NCBI GenBank assembly: GCA_964507075.1
Contig: CAZDOL010000007.1
Span: 1-31,843 of the forward strand
Source of the DNA: an uncultured Gammaproteobacteria bacterium
Lineage (GTDB): Bacteria; Patescibacteriota; Patescibacteriia; UBA2591; UBA6264
Length of the DNA stretch: 31,843 nucleotides
Direction of reading: 5' to 3'
The position numbers were made by a program, and so were the translations under genes. Within the stretch, counting starts at the first letter, position 1. The number at the start of each line of letters is the position of its first letter. Under the pieces are notes generated by a model. That model was not told the DNA's origin, did no database searches, and saw nothing but the letters and a program-made list of their open reading frames with translations. This document shows positions 17,340-22,898 of this stretch, piece by piece.

Positions 17340-17434
17340 ATTGGGTAATCGGGTGCCTGGGTACTTAGGTAATCAGGATCTATGTATTATAATCCCAATC
17401 CCCAATTAACCAATTACCTAATCAACTAACACAT
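17340..17434 (+). repeat. Intergenic arm/leader module (copy 5, between rpmI and rplT)
   Basis: ATTGGGTAATCGGGTGCCTGGGTACTTAGGTAATCAGGATCTATGTAT-TATAAT(17388-17393)-CCCAATCCCCAATTAACCAATTACCTAATCAACTAACACAT-ATG. Positions 17394-17434 contain no G. Confidence 0.7.
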
Positions 17435-17779
17435 ATGCCAAGAGTTAAAAGAGGAAAAGCTCATCTCAAAAAAAGAAGAAAACTGCTAAAAGCAGTCAAG
17501 GGCTATCGTGGGGGACGAAAAAGTAAAATAAAGTTAGCAAAAACTGCTGTTAAAAAGGCTGGTGTTTATGCTTATCGCGATCGCCGAAACAAAAAAAGAA
17601 CCATGAGACGACTCTGGCAAATTAAAATCAATGCTGCTTGTCGGGGAAACAAATCAACATACTCTAAATTTATTGCTGGTTTAAAGAAAAATAAGATTGA
17701 AATAGACCGCAAAATCTTAGCTCAACTTGCAGAACATTATCCAGAAATCTTCATCAAAATCTCTGAAATGGTTCGGTAG
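17435..17779 (+). CDS. rplT: Ribosomal protein L20
   Basis: 114 aa; MPRVKRG, KGYRGGR, YAYRDRRNKKR..R.LWI.RINAA. Confidence 0.95.
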   Translation: MPRVKRGKAHLKKRRKLLKAVKGYRGGRKSKIKLAKTAVKKAGVYAYRDRRNKKRTMRRLWQIKINAACRGNKSTYSKFIAGLKKNKIEIDRKILAQLAEHYPEIFIKISEMVR

Positions 17780-17846
17780 ATCAATTGGTTAGATCATCTG
17801 CCTGTCACGCAGAAGGTTGCGGGTTCGAGTCCCGTCCGGACCGCCA
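17770..17846 (+). tRNA. tRNA-Asp (anticodon GUC), CCA encoded; 5' end overlaps the rplT 3' end
   Basis: GGTTCGG TA GATC AATTGGTTA GATC A TCTGC CTGTCAC GCAGA AGGTT GCGGG TTCGAGT CCCGT CCGGACC G CCA. Confidence 0.92.
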
Positions 17847-17854
17847 CTACCTTA

Positions 17855-17885
17855 AAATAGAGTTATTTACTCTATTTTTTATTTA
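17855..17885 (+). terminator. Rho-independent terminator after tRNA-Asp
   Basis: AAATAGAGT-TATTT-ACTCTATTT (9-bp stem) runs into a T-tract. Confidence 0.7.
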
Positions 17886-17952
17886 ATTTTGTCTTAAAAA
17901 GTTATCCACAGTATATATTTACAATAATAAATATTGGTGTCATACTAAATAA

Positions 17953-18020
17953 CAAGAAACCCTTATCATATGCTTCGGCAATGGTAAGCAACGAGAGGCT
18001 GTAAGGCCTCTTGTTTTTTT
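17953..18020 (+). ncRNA. Candidate small structured RNA or leader upstream of the NYN gene
   Basis: Promoter-like TTACAA (17919-17924), 16 nt, TGt-CATACT (17938-17946). Hairpin 1 is CTTATCAT..GC-TTCG-GC..ATGGTAAG (17962-17988). Hairpin 2 is CGAGAGGC-TGTAAG-GCCTCTTG plus T7 (17992-18020), an intrinsic terminator. Confidence 0.35.
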
Positions 18021-18063
18021 GCATATAAGCATTACACTAAATGATATTAAAATAATATAATAT

Positions 18064-18633
18064 ATGAATCTCCAAAGAATTGCCGTCTTTATAGACAATA
18101 GTAATGTGTTCAGAAACATTCAACGCATAAAAAAAATTGATTATAAGTGGATTTCTTTTTACAATCCACTTAAGCTTGCGCAGAAACTATCTGGTAACAG
18201 AAAATTAGTTTCCGTAAAATTCTATTGCGTTCATCCGCCAGTATATTTATTAGAAGAGGACGAAGAGCATAAAGAAAAATACAATATAACTAATAAATAT
18301 TATTCCGCTATCGAAAAATTACCTTTAGTAGAAGTTAAATATGGCGATCTTAAAGGCATAAGGGGCGCTCTACGTGAAAAAAATATAGATACACAAATTG
18401 CAACTAATATGGTAACAGAAGCAGCACTTAACAAATATGACACGGCTATTCTTATTTCTAATGATGGGGATTTCATTAGTGCTATTGAAAGTATAAAGGT
18501 GTTTAATAAAAAAATAGAAACAGTCTTCTTTAGGGGGTCTATATCAGAGAATCTAAAAAAATTAAGTGACATTACTAGACGCGCACGTCGATCTTATTTT
18601 CAACCATTAGATCTCCGCAAGAGAAATCTCTGA
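18064..18633 (+). CDS. NYN-domain (LabA/DUF88-like) predicted ribonuclease
   Basis: 189 aa; IAVFIDNSNV, KNIDTQIATNMV and ILISNDGDFISAIE reproduce the three acidic motifs of NYN/PIN-like nucleases. Confidence 0.75.
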   Translation: MNLQRIAVFIDNSNVFRNIQRIKKIDYKWISFYNPLKLAQKLSGNRKLVSVKFYCVHPPVYLLEEDEEHKEKYNITNKYYSAIEKLPLVEVKYGDLKGIRGALREKNIDTQIATNMVTEAALNKYDTAILISNDGDFISAIESIKVFNKKIETVFFRGSISENLKKLSDITRRARRSYFQPLDLRKRNL

Positions 18634-18700
18634 AAAAATGAATAAAAAAAATTCCCATTTTTTCCCATCAACTGATTGCTTGCTTCCTCCCAATACATAG

Positions 18701-18777
18701 TTCTGAAATCGTCCCCTAAACCCCGCCATTTAATAATACAAAAAATCGCTTTCAGCGGTTTTTTTTTATACAAAAAG
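18701..18777 (+). repeat. 3' end module copy A (contains an intrinsic terminator)
   Basis: TTCTGAAATCGTCCCCTAAACCCCGCC...AATACAAAAAATCGCTTTCAGCGGTTTTTTTTTATACAAAAAG. Terminator stem AATCGCT/AGCGGTT plus a T-run lies at 18744-18767. Alignable with 19858-19929. Confidence 0.65.
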
Positions 18778-18795
18778 TTATCAACGGGTTAAGTG

Positions 18796-18836
18796 TTGTA
18801 GATTCCTTGTCTTTGTGGTATTATTTTACCACAAGG
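18796..18836 (+). promoter_or_regulatory. Promoter with overlapping palindromic operator upstream of the XRE gene
   Basis: TTGTAG (18796-18801), 17 nt, TATTAT (18819-18824). The inverted repeat CTTTGTGGTA (18811-18820) / TACCACAAGG (18827-18836) matches 9/10 and spans the -10 box. Confidence 0.5.
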
Positions 18837-18861
18837 GTCAAGATCAACTAATTAAAAAATT

Positions 18862-19239
18862 ATGAAAAACAAAAATTTACAAAAATTTGGTCAAAAACTA
18901 AAAGAATTGCGGATTAATAGAGAATTAACTCTTAGAAAAATGTGTAGAAAAGTAGATTATGACCCAAGTAATTGGAGTAAAATAGAAAGGGGCAGAATCC
19001 CTCCCCCATCTAATGAAAAAATACTAAATAAATGGGCCGAAGCATTAGAATTAACAAATACTGTAGAAATCGAAAAATTCATAAGCGATGCACAAGTAGC
19101 ACAAGGCTTGATTCCGTCCGACATTATGAAAGAAGAAAATATTACAGAATGTCTGCCAGCTTTTTTTAGATCCATAAAAAAAGGAAAGATGACTAAAAAA
19201 GATATAGAAGAATTAATAAAATTAATCAGAAAAAGTTAG
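18862..19239 (+). CDS. XRE-family helix-turn-helix transcriptional regulator
   Basis: 125 aa; FGQKLKELRINRELTLRKMCRKVDYDPSNWSKIERG is a typical HTH_XRE. Confidence 0.8.
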   Translation: MKNKNLQKFGQKLKELRINRELTLRKMCRKVDYDPSNWSKIERGRIPPPSNEKILNKWAEALELTNTVEIEKFISDAQVAQGLIPSDIMKEENITECLPAFFRSIKKGKMTKKDIEELIKLIRKS

Positions 19240-19848
19240 ATGGAAATCCCGTATCTTAGTGACGAGAAAATTGAAAAAATAGCGAATAGCTTTAGAATTA
19301 AATTCTCAGACAATTCAATTCCTGTAAAAATGGAAGATGCTATAGAGTTGAAGCTAAGAATGTGTATTGTTCCATCGCCAGGGCTAAAATACCTCCAGGG
19401 AATAGACATGTTAATAACATCTGACTTTAAATCTATTTACGTTGATGAAAATAATTATTCTGACGAAACGCAAAAAAATAGATTAAGATTTTCTTATGCC
19501 CACGAAATCGGGCATTTTGTTTTACATAAAGATGTTTATAAAAAATTCGAAATAAAAGATTGGGAAGACCTTTACAACATTCAAGAAAAAGAATCTTATC
19601 AGAAAAATATTAAAAGAATTGACAAGCAAGCTGATATTTTTGCGGGATACCTTCTTATACCAGAAGACAGATTGAAACTTGAAGGGAATCAAATATTAGA
19701 GTCATTGGATGCAGAATTATTATCTAAAATAGAATCGGTCTCGAAAGAAACATTAAACCAATTATTAGCTTCTCAGTTATCGATTATTTTTGGTGTTTCT
19801 CAGATGGCTATGTTTATAGCATTAGAAAAACTTGAAAACAAAAAATAA
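19240..19848 (+). CDS. ImmA/IrrE-family (COG2856) zinc metallopeptidase
   Basis: 202 aa; FSYAHEIGHFVLH (HExxH) and downstream QADIFAGYLLIP. The ATG abuts the XRE TAG stop. Confidence 0.8.
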   Translation: MEIPYLSDEKIEKIANSFRIKFSDNSIPVKMEDAIELKLRMCIVPSPGLKYLQGIDMLITSDFKSIYVDENNYSDETQKNRLRFSYAHEIGHFVLHKDVYKKFEIKDWEDLYNIQEKESYQKNIKRIDKQADIFAGYLLIPEDRLKLEGNQILESLDAELLSKIESVSKETLNQLLASQLSIIFGVSQMAMFIALEKLENKK

Positions 19849-19857
19849 TTACTCAAT

Positions 19858-19929
19858 TTCTAAAAATCGTCCCGTAGTCCCCCACAATACAAAAAACCGC
19901 TTTAGGGCGGTATTTTTTTATACAAAAAT
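19858..19929 (+). repeat. 3' end module copy B (contains an intrinsic terminator)
   Basis: TTCTAAAAATCGTCCCGTAGTCCCCCACAATACAAAAAACCGCTTTAGGGCGGTATTTTTTTATACAAAAAT. Terminator ACCGC-TTTAGG-GCGGT plus T7 lies at 19896-19919. Confidence 0.65.
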
Positions 19930-19976
19930 ATTGAGGAACCGAGTTCCTCAATATTAACCGAGTTCCTCAATATTAA
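19927..19976. repeat. 13-bp-stem palindrome plus tandem 19-nt direct repeat at the tRNA-Arg 3' flank
   Basis: AATATTGAGGAAC-CGA-GTTCCTCAATATT (19927-19955). ACCGAGTTCCTCAATATTA occurs twice in tandem (19938-19956 and 19957-19975). Confidence 0.75.
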
Positions 19977-19978
19977 AA

Positions 19979-20050
19979 TACCCCTACCAGGAATCGAACC
20001 TGGGTCTTATCCTCCGCAAGGATACACTCTATCCATTGAGCTACAGGGGC
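19979..20050 (-). tRNA. tRNA-Arg (anticodon read as GCG), no encoded CCA
   Basis: Minus strand GCCCCTG TA GCTC AATGGATA GAGT G TATCC TTGCGGA GGATA AGAC CCAGG TTCGATT CCTGG TAGGGGT A. G-U pairs at 1-72 and 7-66; 4-nt variable loop. Confidence 0.8.
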
Positions 20051-20166
20051 ACAACTTCGCTTTGATTTACATCAAAGCTACGATGCGCAAGTAGACGCTT
20101 TAATATTGATGCTTGTCCTTCCGGAGCTCAAATGCAAATTTGAGCGCAGGAGGAAGCTACAGGGGC
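20051..20166. repeat. 104-nt double-hairpin insert flanked by a 12-nt direct repeat of the tRNA-Arg 5' end
   Basis: AGCTACAGGGGC occurs at 20039-20050 (tRNA positions 1-12) and again at 20155-20166. The 104 nt between hold two inverted units of the CCTTCGC...GCTWCGG family. Their apical hairpins are CTTTGAT-TTAC-ATCAAAG and GCTCAAAT-GCAA-ATTTGAGC. Confidence 0.7.
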
Positions 20167-20172
20167 AAAAGT

Positions 20173-20685
20173 TTATATCTTCAACCAACGATTCAAGCGA
20201 TCCATCAAAGTCTCGTTTTCTCTGTCTAAATCCTCCTCTAAGTATTCTTTGAGTATTTTTCTAATTTTTAAAGGATCTTTATCTCCTAATGGGACAGATA
20301 AGTCAGATAAAAACGCATTTTTTAGATCAATATACAACCTTTTTACTTGCGGGGGTTGATATACTAAATGAAAATTTTTAATATCTGACCAAGCATAAAA
20401 TTTGTTCTCGCCAAGCTTAATGCCATCTTCAAAAATATCAAAAGAGACCTTGCTTGGAGAACGATGGTCAGAAGAGAAAATTATGACCGCAAATAGAATT
20501 AAAAAAACTACAAAAAGGAAATTACCAGTTAGGAAAGAATAAAAAATAACAGAAGCTAAAACCAAAGAAATTAACAAATGCCACTTAAAATTTCTTTTGT
20601 GACGAGCATATTCAGGAAACGTCCAACCTAAAAGAAGACGTCCATAAATAGGGTCTTTTATTTGTTCTGTTTTTGGACGAGTCAT
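20173..20685 (-). CDS. Hypothetical membrane protein (two TM helices plus a soluble C-terminal domain)
   Basis: 170 aa; WHLLISLVLASVIFYSFLTGNFLFVVFLILFAVIIF. No catalytic motif recognised. Confidence 0.55.
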   Translation of the reverse strand: MTRPKTEQIKDPIYGRLLLGWTFPEYARHKRNFKWHLLISLVLASVIFYSFLTGNFLFVVFLILFAVIIFSSDHRSPSKVSFDIFEDGIKLGENKFYAWSDIKNFHLVYQPPQVKRLYIDLKNAFLSDLSVPLGDKDPLKIRKILKEYLEEDLDRENETLMDRLNRWLKI

Positions 20686-20698
20686 AAAATATTTTTAA

Positions 20699-22897
20699 TT
20701 AAAAATTAACAAAACTTAAAGAATTAAGATGATTGGTCCAAAATTGAGCCATATCATTCTCTCCTTTCTCTTGAAAGATAAATATCATTTGTTGATAAAA
20801 ATAAACTAAAAATGAAGGATATGGTGACGGAAAAGCCTTAACTATAAGATAAATGGATTTGGAACAATAGTCAAGCGCTTCATCTAGTTTTTGTTGTTCT
20901 TTATAAACTCTAATCAAATTCATATGAACCAAAGCTATTTCTTCTGTAATGTTTTGTAAATGCTCCTGATTTAAATGAGGATGAGAAAGGTCTGGATAAA
21001 GTGACAGAGCTTTGTTGGCCATTTCTATCGCCCCTTCATCATCTTGTCTGGCAATTTTCAATTCAGCCCATTTATTGTAAATCAAAGCTGTTTGAGGGGT
21101 AAAATTTGCTACTTTTTGAAAATATCTTTCTGCTTCATCAAAATCAGATTCTTTTTGGGTTAACTCGGCCTTAACGGTCATCAACCATGGCAACCACACC
21201 AAAGATTCAATGGGGCTTGTTTTCTCTGGAATTGCCCTTATATTTTGAATACCCGTGTTTATCCATTCTAATCTTTGTCGTTGACTAGCAGAAGACAAGC
21301 GCGCCCATTGATACAAGGTCAAACCAAATTCTTGACGGAAATAAGGATCTGATTTACTAAAATATATTGCCCTTTCGTGCTGAGAAATGCTTTCTGTCCA
21401 ATCGTTATTTGCCTTAGCCTTTCGGGCCTCCATTAAAAAAGAGCTGGATAACAATAATTTAAAATTGAAAAAATAAATAGAGCCAATAATCAGAAGTAAA
21501 AAGAAAATAATCAACAAACTTTTAAAGGAAGTTAAGTTGAGCTCCTTTCCTTGATTAGATTTCTTCAAAATGATACGAGAAGGTTGAGATAGAACAATAA
21601 TTAAAACACAAAAAACCCAAAAATAAAGAAGAGTGGACATAACATGAAAAGAAAACAATATCGATGTTAAATAACCAAACAAACCAGCCATTAATACCAA
21701 AACTATTATCTGGGAATCTGACTTTTCTGATTTATTTAAAAAATATTTCCATCCCCTAGCAAAAACATATATGATCAACATTAAATAACTAATTAAACCA
21801 AAGAATCCTGCTGATAATAATATATCTAAAATGTCATTATGCGCGTAATCAAGATAAATATTAGGTTTTTCGTAAACAGCAAATTCTGGTTGGTAATATT
21901 TAGGGAAATTAAAGCGTTGAGTTGCTATTCCATAACCAAAAATTGGCCTTTGCTTTATTAAATCTAAACTAGCCCGCCAATGTTCAAGTCGATATTGTCC
22001 GGCTTCTTGTAAACTAGTAAAACTTTGGATTCTCGCCAAAAAAGGCAAAGAAACAGGCGATTCATTAGATTTTTGAACATTAGTTTGGCTAAAAAAAAGT
22101 AATAAAAGAATAAAAAGAAAACAAAGAATAGGAATAATTATTAATTTCTTGTTTTTTTTCCAAATCCACATAAAAAACAAAAAACCAAACAAGAAAATCA
22201 AGCCAACCATTGCTCCTCGCGATTTAGTAAGAAACAAGGTATATAACAAAAGTAAAAAGAGGAAAAGAGACAATATTTTAGTTTTAAAGCTTCGGCGATA
22301 TAGAAAAACTAATGGAATGGGCAAAATCAACAAGAGCCAAGAACCTAAAAAATTTGGCTGACCAATAGTAGAAAAAATTCTCCCACGCGCAAAAGGGTCA
22401 TAGGTCCAACCAAAAATATCCCAACCTTGTGATTGTATTAGGCCGTAAAAAACAACTAAAATTGAAGAAAATATAATACTAATTAATATACGGTAAATCT
22501 GTTTTCTACTTTTAAGGTTTAAAAACAGAATTAACGAAAAAACAAAAAAGTGCAACCAAGCCAGAAAACCCATTCTTCTCTCCCATGACCCCCAGAAACT
22601 AAACCATTTAACCTGGGAAAAAATTGTAGAAATACCCAAAATAAGAATAAAAACAAAGGCAGGCCAAAAACTCTTGATTTTCGCCCACCTATCTCTGTTT
22701 CTAGGAAAAAGAATAATTTTAACTATATAAAAAAACAACAATATCTCGGTCAGAATTTGAAAAAGAATATTTTTGGGAATTTCAAAAATATTATGACATT
22801 GACGGAGAAAAAAAACAGGAATAAAAAAAATAATCGCCAGCCACAGGGCTTCTAAAGCGATGTCTATTATTTTCTTTATTTTGTTTTCTGCGGGCAT
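20699..22897 (-). CDS. O-antigen ligase-like (Wzy_C) polytopic membrane protein with C-terminal TPR repeats
   Basis: 732 aa with over 10 TM helices, a YAHNDILDILLSAGFFGL loop motif, and a TPR-like C-terminus (AERYFQKV...ALIYNKWAEL...AIEMANKALSLYP). Confidence 0.75.
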   Translation of the reverse strand: MPAENKIKKIIDIALEALWLAIIFFIPVFFLRQCHNIFEIPKNILFQILTEILLFFYIVKIILFPRNRDRWAKIKSFWPAFVFILILGISTIFSQVKWFSFWGSWERRMGFLAWLHFFVFSLILFLNLKSRKQIYRILISIIFSSILVVFYGLIQSQGWDIFGWTYDPFARGRIFSTIGQPNFLGSWLLLILPIPLVFLYRRSFKTKILSLFLFLLLLYTLFLTKSRGAMVGLIFLFGFLFFMWIWKKNKKLIIIPILCFLFILLLLFFSQTNVQKSNESPVSLPFLARIQSFTSLQEAGQYRLEHWRASLDLIKQRPIFGYGIATQRFNFPKYYQPEFAVYEKPNIYLDYAHNDILDILLSAGFFGLISYLMLIIYVFARGWKYFLNKSEKSDSQIIVLVLMAGLFGYLTSILFSFHVMSTLLYFWVFCVLIIVLSQPSRIILKKSNQGKELNLTSFKSLLIIFFLLLIIGSIYFFNFKLLLSSSFLMEARKAKANNDWTESISQHERAIYFSKSDPYFRQEFGLTLYQWARLSSASQRQRLEWINTGIQNIRAIPEKTSPIESLVWLPWLMTVKAELTQKESDFDEAERYFQKVANFTPQTALIYNKWAELKIARQDDEGAIEMANKALSLYPDLSHPHLNQEHLQNITEEIALVHMNLIRVYKEQQKLDEALDYCSKSIYLIVKAFPSPYPSFLVYFYQQMIFIFQEKGENDMAQFWTNHLNSLSFVNF

Positions 22898-22898
22898 A

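Noticed and set aside
17902-17910. Perfect DnaA box TTATCCACA (and a degenerate TTATCAACG at 18778-18786), considered as a replication origin
   Set aside because: Only one perfect box. There is no cluster, no adjacent AT-rich unwinding repeats, and no dnaA/dnaN nearby. The sequence is better explained as part of the repeated post-terminator boundary AAAAAGTTATCMAC.
18862-19848. XRE-ImmA pair interpreted as the immunity region of an integrated prophage
   Set aside because: There is no integrase, excisionase, replication, structural or lysis gene within the tRNA-bounded segment. The whole islet is only ~2.1 kb. An ancient, heavily reduced remnant cannot be excluded.
20108-20129. Minus-strand GAGCTCCGGAAGGACAAGCATC resembles the SRP RNA helix 8 motif (UCC-GGAA-GGA followed by AAGCA)
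   Set aside because: The 5' partner sequence is already locked in a perfect local hairpin (GCTCAAAT/ATTTGAGC). No long 4.5S-type helix can be drawn, and the segment belongs to the hairpin-repeat family.
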